IMG/VR virus record: IMGVR_UViG_3300025467_000014
Span: 1 to 64,000 of that record
Source: an uncultured virus (IMG/VR IMGVR_UViG_3300025467_000014)
Taxonomy: Duplodnaviria; Heunggongvirae; Uroviricota; Caudoviricetes
Reading direction: 5' to 3' (one strand)
Length of the DNA: 64,000 nt
Shown here piece after piece: positions 26,174 to 34,634 of the stretch. The notes below the pieces were generated by a model. The model was not told the origin of the DNA. It did not search any database and worked only from the letters and a program-made list of their open reading frames with translations. Numbering within the stretch: the stretch's first letter is position 1; each line of letters opens with the position of its first letter. The translations under genes were made by a program, and so were the position numbers.

Positions 26174-26749
26174 ATGTTAACGTTTGAACAGTATTTTAAT
26201 CAATCTGAATCACCAGTTGTTATAGTTGGTGGTATTCATGGTGATGAACCAGCTGGTAATATAGCTGCTAAAAAATATCAAGGTAGAGAAGGTATTATTG
26301 TAATAGCTGACGTTAATACAACTGGAGAGAGAAGACTAGATGGAGTAGATCCAAATAGACATTTTGACAAAAAAGATTCTCTCCCAATTGAGGATGAAAT
26401 CTTAGCTAAAATTGAAGAGTTAAAACCAAGGTTAGTTATCGCACTTCATGAAGATGATATAACAGATGAAGTTTATGCGTATTGTTCTCCAGGTATGAAA
26501 GATAAAGTTCAAGCTGTTTTAGCTGAATTAGGAGTACCGTTAGCAAAAACGGCAATAGGAGACAAAGCAGATAAGGGTGTTATTGCCCGTGGTCATTTAC
26601 CAACAGCAGGAACACTTGAGAAAGCATTGAGAAAACGTGATATCCCTAGTGTAACCATAGAGACACCTATTAAGTCATATAGCTTAGAGGATAGAGTGAA
26701 GTTACAAATACAAATAGTAAACGGATTACTTAAATCTGTTAATAGATAA
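26174..26749 (+). CDS. M14-family zinc hydrolase (succinylglutamate desuccinylase/aspartoacylase-like)
   Basis: GGIHGDEPAG, DPNRHF, IALHED and VTIETP motifs. Confidence 0.8.
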   Translation: MLTFEQYFNQSESPVVIVGGIHGDEPAGNIAAKKYQGREGIIVIADVNTTGERRLDGVDPNRHFDKKDSLPIEDEILAKIEELKPRLVIALHEDDITDEVYAYCSPGMKDKVQAVLAELGVPLAKTAIGDKADKGVIARGHLPTAGTLEKALRKRDIPSVTIETPIKSYSLEDRVKLQIQIVNGLLKSVNR

Positions 26750-26897
26750 GCCTTCTTAAATCTAATAGCTTAAAGTCTACTTCCTTACCGTAACGCTCTT
26801 CAAGTTTTTTTATAGCATCTTCTTTTGAGATAGCCGTAACATTAAGAATTACAGGATTCTTATCTGTTATTACCTCAAAAATATATTCCGTTAGCAT
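26739..26897 (-). CDS. 52-aa hypothetical protein (MLTEYIFEV...), not in the ORF track
   Basis: Open frame filling the gap; V.AISKEDA motif. Confidence 0.5.
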   Translation of the reverse strand: MLTEYIFEVITDKNPVILNVTAISKEDAIKKLEERYGKEVDFKLLDLRRLIY

Positions 26898-26914
26898 ATG
26901 ATTAAATATTTAAT

Positions 26915-27187
26915 GTGCAGATTACGAAAAATGCCATTGAAATTTGTGGGTTCCTTATGTCTTTATGTTGGTCAATAAGTTGGTTTCCTCAGCTCTATAA
27001 GCTTTTTAAAACAAAATCAGCACATGATTTTTCTCCATGGATGTTATTTTTAGTTCTCACAGGGTATATCTTTGCAATGCTTTACCTGTTCAATACAAGC
27101 TTTCAACTCTGGTTATTTGTAAATTATTGTTTTGGCATTATTTGTTATATTATTACATTATTTTTTTATTTTCGTTATAAAAAATAA
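26915..27187 (+). CDS. PQ-loop/SemiSWEET-like three-TM protein
   Basis: FPQLYKLFKTKSAHDFS motif and three TM segments. Confidence 0.75.
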   Translation: MQITKNAIEICGFLMSLCWSISWFPQLYKLFKTKSAHDFSPWMLFLVLTGYIFAMLYLFNTSFQLWLFVNYCFGIICYIITLFFYFRYKK

Positions 27188-27221
27188 TTGATTTATACAA
27201 TATTATCTATATACTTTATAT

Positions 27222-27833
27222 ATGAAGTGGTTACTAATCTTGTTGCTAAGCCTAGCATCACTTAAAGCACAGACCTCTGTAGCGTATTCTCCAGTCTATG
27301 GATATGATACAATGTCCTTTCCTGGTGGATGGTGTCTAGTAACTAACCCGTTTATTAATCCTCCTATCTATAGTGGCAATGCTATAGTAGATGGAGAGAC
27401 ATTTACAATTAATAATGTCATAACAAATAATATTATAGACATTCCTCATTATATAGAAGTTACAAGTACAAACTATAATGGATATGTTTTTGATATAACT
27501 ACAAATACACAAAACATTATTACAGCTACAAATGTACCAGCTGAGCTTCAAGGACAAACTTTAGCAATTAGTATTAGACAACATACTACTCTTCAACAGT
27601 TTGTTTCTAATTCTACAGGATTTCAAGACTACTCTGATGCTCTCTCTACCCCTGATGGTAATGGAGGGTGTGTAACGTACATTTATATTTCAAACGGAAT
27701 AGTAGCTGGAGACTTTGTAACACCAGCTGATAATACTATTCTCTATCCAGGGGAAGGACTAATTATCAATAATAGTGGAAATATTAGCTTTACCTTTTGT
27801 GGAGAGCTAGTATATACTAATGATATCAAATAA
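27222..27833 (+). CDS. secreted protein resembling the TIGR02597 family
   Basis: Signal peptide; PVYGY...NPF..PP..SG, IRQHTTL and ILYPGEGLII...GEL recalled as TIGR02597-like. Confidence 0.55.
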   Translation: MKWLLILLLSLASLKAQTSVAYSPVYGYDTMSFPGGWCLVTNPFINPPIYSGNAIVDGETFTINNVITNNIIDIPHYIEVTSTNYNGYVFDITTNTQNIITATNVPAELQGQTLAISIRQHTTLQQFVSNSTGFQDYSDALSTPDGNGGCVTYIYISNGIVAGDFVTPADNTILYPGEGLIINNSGNISFTFCGELVYTNDIK

Positions 27834-27841
27834 CGGATAAA

Positions 27842-27881
27842 GGTTTATTGCACACATAAATAATAACGGATGCAATAAACC
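27842..27881 (+). promoter_or_regulatory. hairpin enclosing a late promoter upstream of the HNH gene
   Basis: Perfect 11-bp inverted repeat GGTTTATTGCA/TGCAATAAACC with TAAATA in the loop, 3 nt before the ATG. Confidence 0.7.
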
Positions 27882-27884
27882 ACT

Positions 27885-28397
27885 ATGAAATCTAAACTAG
27901 AACCTTTTAAAGAAGATGTAATAAAAATGTATGTTGATGAAAAATTAACATGCAAACAAATAGGATTAAAATTTAAAATAAGACCAGGGCCTGTTTCAAG
28001 TTTTCTTATTAAAAATAATGTAAAGCTACGTAATGCTGGTCAACAGAAAGGTAGACCCGGTACGAATAAAGGAAAGAAATTTGTAGAACGTACATTGGCA
28101 TACAATACACAACTTATTGAAAGCGGTGAATATAAAAAACTTCACGAAGCAGGTATAAGGAGCCGTATACGTAAATATCTAATTAACAAATATGGACATA
28201 AATGTCAAATATGTGGTCTGTCTGAATGGAGAGGACATGCTATACCTCTTGTATGCGATCACATAGACGGATCTGCTAAAAATTGTGAATTAGAGAATTT
28301 TAGAGTGATTTGTAATAATTGCGACTCTATACTACCTACATATAAAGGTAAAAATAGAGGCAGAGGTAGAAAACTTAACGGGAGCGTGACTGAGTGA
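27885..28397 (+). CDS. HNH (putative homing) endonuclease
   Basis: CQICG..EW...PL..DHIDG...N...NFRVICNNCDS; N-terminal HTH-like region. Confidence 0.88.
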   Translation: MKSKLEPFKEDVIKMYVDEKLTCKQIGLKFKIRPGPVSSFLIKNNVKLRNAGQQKGRPGTNKGKKFVERTLAYNTQLIESGEYKKLHEAGIRSRIRKYLINKYGHKCQICGLSEWRGHAIPLVCDHIDGSAKNCELENFRVICNNCDSILPTYKGKNRGRGRKLNGSVTE

Positions 28398-28470
28398 TTT
28401 AAAGTGATCGATTACTAATCGATTGAACCCTAATAAGGTTCCGTGGGTTTGAATCCCACCGCTCCTTCCA
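28380..28470 (+). tRNA. trnS: tRNA with ACT anticodon (nominally Ser), class II
   Basis: GGGAGCG/CGCTCCT acceptor, ATCGA-TTACTAA-TCGAT anticodon arm, long variable arm, CCA encoded. Confidence 0.82.
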
Positions 28471-28515
28471 TTTTTTTTCTTGACTTAATACTTAAATACT
28501 CTAATATAAATGAAT

Positions 28516-28606
28516 GGACAGGTGGCAGAGTTGGTCTATTGCATCTGACTTGAAATCAGAAGTACCCGAAAGGGTACCGTGGGTTCGAATCCTACCCTGT
28601 CCGCCA
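28516..28606 (+). tRNA. trnS: tRNA-Ser(TGA)
   Basis: TCTGA-CTTGAAA-TCAGA anticodon arm; long variable arm; G73-CCA. Confidence 0.93.
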
Positions 28607-28614
28607 ATTTTAAC

Positions 28615-28692
28615 GCGTAGATGGCTGAGTGGTCAAAGGCAATCCTCTGCAAAAGGATAAAATCGCCAGTTCAAATCTGGCTCTACGCTCCA
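28615..28692 (+). tRNA. trnC: tRNA-Cys(GCA)
   Basis: ATCCT-CTGCAAA-AGGAT anticodon arm; U73-CCA. Confidence 0.92.
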
Positions 28693-28703
28693 TAAATACT
28701 ATT

Positions 28704-28877
28704 ATGACATTTAAAGAATACGTGACAGAAAAGAATATAGATAAACCACGTCATCCCGGTATTCTCAAACGCCAGGTTAAGGGCAAATTAACCTGTTCAA
28801 AGGCTCGTAAATTAGAAGGTAAGGGCGGTCTAACCGCTAAAGCAGCTCGTCGCTATCAAAATTATCACTGCCAATAA
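28704..28877 (+). CDS. small basic protein (MTFKEYVTEK...)
   Basis: ATG after TAAATA; the longer tracked ORF would begin inside tRNA-Cys. Confidence 0.65.
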   Translation: MTFKEYVTEKNIDKPRHPGILKRQVKGKLTCSKARKLEGKGGLTAKAARRYQNYHCQ

Positions 28878-28884
28878 TATACAT

Positions 28885-29106
28885 ATGAAACAAAAATACT
28901 ACACCTTACTTGCATACTTTTTTTATTACCTTGGAGATGTATTGTGGAAGATAATCTGTTGGACGGATTGGAATGAAATTACACGTAAGCTTATTTGCGG
29001 AGCGTGTTGGTCAGGATATCAAAAATCTATGAATATTTCATTAGATTATGATGAAAAAGCGGGTTACGTTGTGTGGAAAGAGTCAGAAAATAACCTTGAT
29101 AATTAG
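28885..29106 (+). CDS. hypothetical protein
   Basis: 73-aa ORF in operon context. Confidence 0.6.
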   Translation: MKQKYYTLLAYFFYYLGDVLWKIICWTDWNEITRKLICGACWSGYQKSMNISLDYDEKAGYVVWKESENNLDN

Positions 29107-29203
29107 GGGTATTTAGTCTATAATTCTATTTAGAAAATATAAATTTTTCCTGTGATATCCTTCGAGATTATCACTAAAATTTTAATAAATTATACTGACA
29201 CAT

Positions 29204-30178
29204 ATGGCAATCTTCGACGAACAAATATCACGCAAACCTAACAACTATAAATGGACAGAGGAATTCATCGAAGCTATGCATAATGGCTTCTGGACTGATA
29301 AGGAATTCAGTTTTAAATCCGATATACAACAATTTAAAGTAAATTTATCAGACCAAGAAAGAGAAGCTATTATTAGAGTATTATCGGCTATTGGTCAGAT
29401 TGAAGTATCAATTAAGACTTTCTGGGCACGCTTAGGAGATAATCTACCACATCCCTCAATTTACGATCTTGGTTATGTGATGGCTAATACTGAAGTTATT
29501 CATAATAATGCTTATGAACGTTTGCTTTCAGTACTTGGTTTAGAAGATATATTTGAAAAAAACTTAGAGCTCCCTTGGATTCAAGGTCGAGTGAAGTATC
29601 TTAAGAAGTATACAAAACGCTGTTTTAAGGATTCCAAGAAACAGTATCTTTATGCTATAACTCTTTTTACTCTTCTTCTTGAGAATGTATCTCTCTTTAG
29701 TCAGTTCTACGTCATTAATTGGTTTGCACGTTTTAAGAACGTTCTTAAGGATACCGATCAACAGGTAAAATACACAAGAAATGAAGAAAATATTCACGGT
29801 CTTGTTGGTACAAAGATTATTAATACAATCAGAGAAGAATATCCTGAGCTTTTTGATAAGGAATTAGAGGATAAGATTCTACATGAAGCCCATGAAGCAT
29901 TTAAAGCAGAAGCTGAGATTGTAGATTGGATGCTTAACGGTATTGATGAAGAGAATCTTAATGCTCCTCTTCTTAAAGAGTTTATTAAGAACAGAATTAA
30001 TCATTCTTTAGAAGGTATTGGCTTTCATAAACCATTCGAGGTTGATACAGAGTTATTAAAAGCATCAACATGGTTTGAGGAAGAACTTCACGGTAATAAT
30101 ATGGTCGACTTTTTTCATAGTAGGCCCACGGAATACGCAAAGAAAAATCAATCATTTTCAGAAGACGACCTATTCTAG
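29204..30178 (+). CDS. nrdB: ribonucleoside-diphosphate reductase class I, beta subunit
   Basis: EVIHNNAY (ExxH plus radical Tyr), ENVSLFSQF, EENIH and DFFH.RPTEY motifs. Confidence 0.95.
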   Translation: MAIFDEQISRKPNNYKWTEEFIEAMHNGFWTDKEFSFKSDIQQFKVNLSDQEREAIIRVLSAIGQIEVSIKTFWARLGDNLPHPSIYDLGYVMANTEVIHNNAYERLLSVLGLEDIFEKNLELPWIQGRVKYLKKYTKRCFKDSKKQYLYAITLFTLLLENVSLFSQFYVINWFARFKNVLKDTDQQVKYTRNEENIHGLVGTKIINTIREEYPELFDKELEDKILHEAHEAFKAEAEIVDWMLNGIDEENLNAPLLKEFIKNRINHSLEGIGFHKPFEVDTELLKASTWFEEELHGNNMVDFFHSRPTEYAKKNQSFSEDDLF

Positions 30179-30214
30179 TTGTTATCTATAAACTAGCTAT
30201 TAATATAAAACTAT

Positions 30215-31864
30215 ATGCATAAGGATATCTATTGGCTTAATAAGGATTCAAGAAAGTTTCTTGAAAGGGGTTACCTTCTAGAAGGAGAAACTGCTGAACA
30301 ACGTATTACTGACATTGCCAAGACAGCTGAAAAGCTTCTTAAGAAAAAAGGCTTTGCTCATAAATTTGAGGACTATATGCATAAGGGATTTTATTCCTTA
30401 TCATCTCCTATCTGGTCCAATTTTGGTCGTGATCGCGGATTACCAATCTCGTGCTTTGGTTCATATGTAGATGATGATATGGATGATATTCTTTATAAGA
30501 TGTCCGAAGTAGGTGTTATGTCAAAAGTGGGTGGTGGTACATCAGGATACTTTGGAGCAATTCGACCAAGAGGGGCTAAGATTTCTTCAGGTGGTGAAGC
30601 AACAGGCGTACATCATCAGTTATCTGTCTTTGAGTCATTAACGAATTATATCTCTCAAGGTAATGTTCGTCGTGGGTCGTTTGCAGCTTACCTTCCTATT
30701 GATCATCCAGATATTGAAGAATTTCTTAAGATTAGAGGAGAAGGAGATGATATTCAGAATCTTTCAATTGGTGTCTGTATCACTGATAAGTGGATGAAAG
30801 CTATGATGGAAGGTGATAAGGAGAAGCGTGCCATCTGGGGATTAGTTATTAAGAAGCGTTTTGAATCTGGATATCCTTATATCTTCTTTTCTGATAATGC
30901 TAACAATCAAGCACCTCAAGTCTATAAGGATAAGAAATTAAAGATTCATCATAGCAATTTGTGTTCAGAGATTATGCTCTCCAATGGAAAAGACGAATCA
31001 TTTGTTTGTGATTTATCTTCGTTAAATCTTGAGCGTTGGGAAGAGTGGAAGGAAACAGATGCTGTTGAAACGTTAGTTTATTTTCTCGATGCTGTAATGA
31101 CAGAATTCATTAATAAGACCGAAGGAATGAAGTTCATGGATCACCCTAGAAACTTCGCTATTAATCAACGAGCAATTGGTGTTGGTGTTCTCGGATGGCA
31201 TTCTCTTCTCCAACAGAAGATGGTAGCATTTGAATCCATGCAAGCAAAGCTTCTTAATACTCAAATTTGGAAAACAATTAGAGATAAAGCAGATAAAGCT
31301 TCTGTAGAACTTGCTAAGGAATTTGGTGAACCACCTATTCTTAAGGGGTACGGTCGTAGGAATACAACAACACTTGCTGTAGCTCCAACCACTTCTAGTT
31401 CATTCATTCTCGGTCAAGTAAGTCCATCTATTGAACCACAGAATTCAAATTATTATGTCAAGGATTTGGCTAAAGGTAAGTTTACTTTTAAGAACCCTTA
31501 CCTCAAACATCTTCTTAAAGAGAAAGGAAAGCATGATGATGAGACATGGATGTCTATCTTAAAGAAAGGCGGTTCTGTTCAACATTTAGATTTCTTAACG
31601 CAACATGAAAAAGATGTCTTTAAGACGTTTGGTGAGATTAGTCAAAAAGAAGTCATTATTCAAGCTGCTGGTCGTCAGAAATACATTGATCAGGGTCAGT
31701 CATTAAATGTAATGATTCCACCGAATACCAAACCTAAGGACGTTAATGAACTTATGATATTTGCCTGGGAACAGGGAATTAAAGCTTTGTATTATCAGCG
31801 TTCAGCCAATCCTGCACAAGAATTAGCTCGTTCTATTCTAGCTTGTGCAAATTGTGAAGCATAA
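30215..31864 (+). CDS. nrdA: ribonucleoside-diphosphate reductase class I, alpha subunit (short form, no ATP cone)
   Basis: PISCF, RRGSFAAY, SNLCSEI, VCDLSS, APTTSSS, KALYY and C-terminal CANC motifs. Confidence 0.95.
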   Translation: MHKDIYWLNKDSRKFLERGYLLEGETAEQRITDIAKTAEKLLKKKGFAHKFEDYMHKGFYSLSSPIWSNFGRDRGLPISCFGSYVDDDMDDILYKMSEVGVMSKVGGGTSGYFGAIRPRGAKISSGGEATGVHHQLSVFESLTNYISQGNVRRGSFAAYLPIDHPDIEEFLKIRGEGDDIQNLSIGVCITDKWMKAMMEGDKEKRAIWGLVIKKRFESGYPYIFFSDNANNQAPQVYKDKKLKIHHSNLCSEIMLSNGKDESFVCDLSSLNLERWEEWKETDAVETLVYFLDAVMTEFINKTEGMKFMDHPRNFAINQRAIGVGVLGWHSLLQQKMVAFESMQAKLLNTQIWKTIRDKADKASVELAKEFGEPPILKGYGRRNTTTLAVAPTTSSSFILGQVSPSIEPQNSNYYVKDLAKGKFTFKNPYLKHLLKEKGKHDDETWMSILKKGGSVQHLDFLTQHEKDVFKTFGEISQKEVIIQAAGRQKYIDQGQSLNVMIPPNTKPKDVNELMIFAWEQGIKALYYQRSANPAQELARSILACANCEA

Positions 31865-31872
31865 ATAATTCT

Positions 31873-32244
31873 ATGAGATTAGAAGCATTAATGGAAGCAG
31901 TTAAGTCGGGATTGAATACAGCAGAAAGCTTTTTAGAGTTTCTCCATAAGCGTTTAGCTGGAGCTATTAAGATTGAAAAAATGACTCGTAAGAAAGGTGG
32001 ATATAGTTTACTTACAGCAATTCATTACAAGGCAAAATTTGCTCCATATAAAGATGCTATTAGACATGCTAAAAAAGATAATAAAGAATCTCATTATAAA
32101 GCAATGGCTGATGAGACCTATAGAAAGCTTAAGAATTGGGATAAGATGTCTCAACGTGAATTTCAAGCTGCTATGGGTGTTTTAGAGGTATACGGTGAAG
32201 TTTATATTCGTTCTACAAAACCTGAAAGTATTCGCTTGAATTAA
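31873..32244 (+). CDS. hypothetical protein
   Basis: 123-aa ORF after TAAATA. Confidence 0.7.
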   Translation: MRLEALMEAVKSGLNTAESFLEFLHKRLAGAIKIEKMTRKKGGYSLLTAIHYKAKFAPYKDAIRHAKKDNKESHYKAMADETYRKLKNWDKMSQREFQAAMGVLEVYGEVYIRSTKPESIRLN

Positions 32245-32270
32245 TTTATAATATCGCTATTATAGGTGGT

Positions 32271-32504
32271 ATGGCAAAACAAGCTACTAAAGCAAAAAAA
32301 CCAGTTAAGAACGAAAAGTCATATACGAGGACAATTGTCTTTAAATATGAACCTACCTACGAGGAGCGAGAATCAATTATAAATCGTGCTATTTACGTTG
32401 AGCAAGAGCAGTATAAAAATAAGCCATTCCGTTTTATTGTAACTGAAAAAACAATGGAGCTAGTTAAGATTAAATTTTTTGTTAAAGGAAATGGACGACA
32501 ATAA
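32271..32504 (+). CDS. hypothetical protein
   Basis: ORF preceded by TTGAAT..TATTAT. Confidence 0.6.
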   Translation: MAKQATKAKKPVKNEKSYTRTIVFKYEPTYEERESIINRAIYVEQEQYKNKPFRFIVTEKTMELVKIKFFVKGNGRQ

Positions 32505-32787
32505 TGATTTTGATATACTAGCGTACTTTTACGCAGATACTTTTGCAGGTCATGTTTATCAATGGTACAAGAATGAGTGTATGGTAGGTAATGCTACACT
32601 ACTTTTAGCTGAGAAACGAGGCGGACGACGACATTATATTAAACAAAATTTTGATGATCTAAATGAAATACCAAAATTTATAAGAGACGGTAAAAAGAGG
32701 GAAGCTCTTTCATGGATTTCAAATGTCCTATCAGAGGAGGCAAGGAAGCAAGTAACTCCAGATATTTATGAGTATTTACAAAATTGA
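32491..32787 (+). CDS. hypothetical protein (probable start MDDNNDF)
   Basis: AAGGA directly before the ATG at 32491. Confidence 0.6.
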   Translation: MDDNNDFDILAYFYADTFAGHVYQWYKNECMVGNATLLLAEKRGGRRHYIKQNFDDLNEIPKFIRDGKKREALSWISNVLSEEARKQVTPDIYEYLQN

Positions 32788-32907
32788 TGGTTATGTAAAT
32801 ATGACTCCAGAAGATAGAAAGTACTATCAAGAGGTACGTAAAAAATATTATCCACCAGAGTATGTACCTCATTTAAGACATTTTAAAAAAAATAAATATA
32901 AGAAGAA

Positions 32908-33138
32908 ATGAAAACATTATTATTGTTTTTAATTCTATGTACTGTATGTTTTGCTGATACTAATAATACTACATCACCTACAAATTACCCTTATCTCAAT
33001 CAATACGATATTATTAACAAATATACTGAAGAGAATTTTTATCTTAAAAAGAATAATATTATTATAACTGGCGAATTTCTTAAAGATTATACCTTGAATC
33101 GTATAACATCTTTTACTACACTTAAAATACAATTTTAA
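32908..33138 (+). CDS. small secreted protein
   Basis: Signal peptide MKTLLLFLILCTVCFA. Confidence 0.55.
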   Translation: MKTLLLFLILCTVCFADTNNTTSPTNYPYLNQYDIINKYTEENFYLKKNNIIITGEFLKDYTLNRITSFTTLKIQF

Positions 33139-33141
33139 TTT

Positions 33142-33723
33142 ATGACTAACTTAAACTGCGCATCCGTTCTTATTTTAAACCGAAATTGGCAAGCAATTCA
33201 TGTAAAATCAGCGGCAGAGGCTCTTTCTATGATGTATGTAGGTAACGCTACAGGCTTAGATATCGCCGGCTTTGATAATATGGTACCATACAAGTGGGAG
33301 AATTGGGTCTCTCTACCTTTTGATGAAAAGGCTGAATATGTCAGCACCATACGTGGTCAAATAAAGGTCCCCAAGGTTATTGTGTTATGTGAATATGATA
33401 AAGTTCCAAAGAGAAGACCGAAATTTTCATCTAAAGCTATTTGGAATAGAGATGAAGGTACCTGTCAATATACTGGTAAGAAGCTAACACCGAATGAAGC
33501 AAATATCGATCATGTTTTACCAAGAAGTAAGGGAGGTAGGACAACATGGACAAATTGTGTTCTCTCCCACAAAGAAGTAAATCATAAGAAAGGTAATAGA
33601 ACACCTGAAGAAGCTGGACTCAAACTCATCCGTCAACCATATGAGCCTAGAGCAGTTCCAACAATGCTTTATATTAACAATCACCAGAATATTCCTGAAT
33701 GGGATATCTTTTTAAAGCTATGA
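33142..33723 (+). CDS. HNH endonuclease (McrA-like HNH family)
   Basis: VLILN, RD..TCQYTG, IDHVLPRSKGG.TTWTNCV and N..KGNRTPEEAG motifs. Confidence 0.9.
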   Translation: MTNLNCASVLILNRNWQAIHVKSAAEALSMMYVGNATGLDIAGFDNMVPYKWENWVSLPFDEKAEYVSTIRGQIKVPKVIVLCEYDKVPKRRPKFSSKAIWNRDEGTCQYTGKKLTPNEANIDHVLPRSKGGRTTWTNCVLSHKEVNHKKGNRTPEEAGLKLIRQPYEPRAVPTMLYINNHQNIPEWDIFLKL

Positions 33724-34154
33724 GTAGACCTTCATGGGATGAATACGCCATGCAACTTGCAATGGTGGCAGCATTAAGATCAGAAGATCCAAGAACTAAA
33801 GTTGGTTGTTGTCTTTTACGATATGATCATACAGTAGCAAGTTTAGGGTATAATGGAGCTCCATCAGGAGTAGAAATTGAGTGGCACAATCGAGTGGAAA
33901 AACATAAAAGAGTAATTCACGCTGAGGTTAATGCTTGTAGAATGATAAAGCCTGGAGAGTGTTATCTTGCTGCTATAACTCACGCTCCTTGTAATGATTG
34001 TCTAAAAACATTAGCAGCTTACGGAATTAAAAAGATAGTTTATGTAGAGTCATATAAATTTGATGAATCATATTCACCTGAAAACATTGCAAAAGATTAT
34101 GGAATTGAAATAATACAGCTATCTGCATCATTGAAATCTGTTTTTATGTCTTAA
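33720..34154 (+). CDS. dCMP deaminase
   Basis: RPSWDEY, RSED...VGC, GYNG, IHAE.NA and PCNDC motifs; start taken at MSRPSW. Confidence 0.9.
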   Translation: MSRPSWDEYAMQLAMVAALRSEDPRTKVGCCLLRYDHTVASLGYNGAPSGVEIEWHNRVEKHKRVIHAEVNACRMIKPGECYLAAITHAPCNDCLKTLAAYGIKKIVYVESYKFDESYSPENIAKDYGIEIIQLSASLKSVFMS

Positions 34155-34162
34155 ATATTCAT

Positions 34163-34606
34163 GTGCTTAATGATATTTTAATAAACAATAATACAACATG
34201 TAAGTTTGTAGATATAGAAGGTGCGGAAAATGTAATTTATTGTAGACCTTTTGAAGAGAGTCTTGATAATGTTGCTGTAATTGTTACTAATGGTAGTGAA
34301 TTTGTTCATAAAATTATTACTGAGTCAACAGGTGATAATTATCTAGTGACAAGTGTGCAGCTATCTGATGGCGAAGTTTTCGATAATGTAAAATTTAAAT
34401 TAGCAGTTTGTGAAGAGGTAGAGTTACCTCATTCAACTATAGATACATTAGCATTTGATTTACCCTCAGATTTTCATGAAATATCTGCACCACCTGCTCT
34501 TATTCGTGAAAGTAATTCTAATTATGCTGCTACCACAGCTCCTATAAATTATACTAAACATTTAAGAAGTTATCTAAATAAGATAATAAAGTCTAAAGCA
34601 CTATAA
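34163..34606 (+). CDS. hypothetical protein
   Basis: 147-aa ORF with GTG start after TAAATA. Confidence 0.6.
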   Translation: MLNDILINNNTTCKFVDIEGAENVIYCRPFEESLDNVAVIVTNGSEFVHKIITESTGDNYLVTSVQLSDGEVFDNVKFKLAVCEEVELPHSTIDTLAFDLPSDFHEISAPPALIRESNSNYAATTAPINYTKHLRSYLNKIIKSKAL

Positions 34607-34634
34607 TTTAAGGGTTTTTACTTTAAATAATGAC

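Noticed and set aside
29141..29182. Hairpin upstream of nrdB as a riboswitch or NrdR box
   Set aside because: Only an imperfect AT-rich stem (GTGATA/TATCAC); no recognisable aptamer or NrdR consensus
29204..31864. Introns or inteins in nrdA/nrdB
   Set aside because: Both frames are continuous and compact, with no inserted domain
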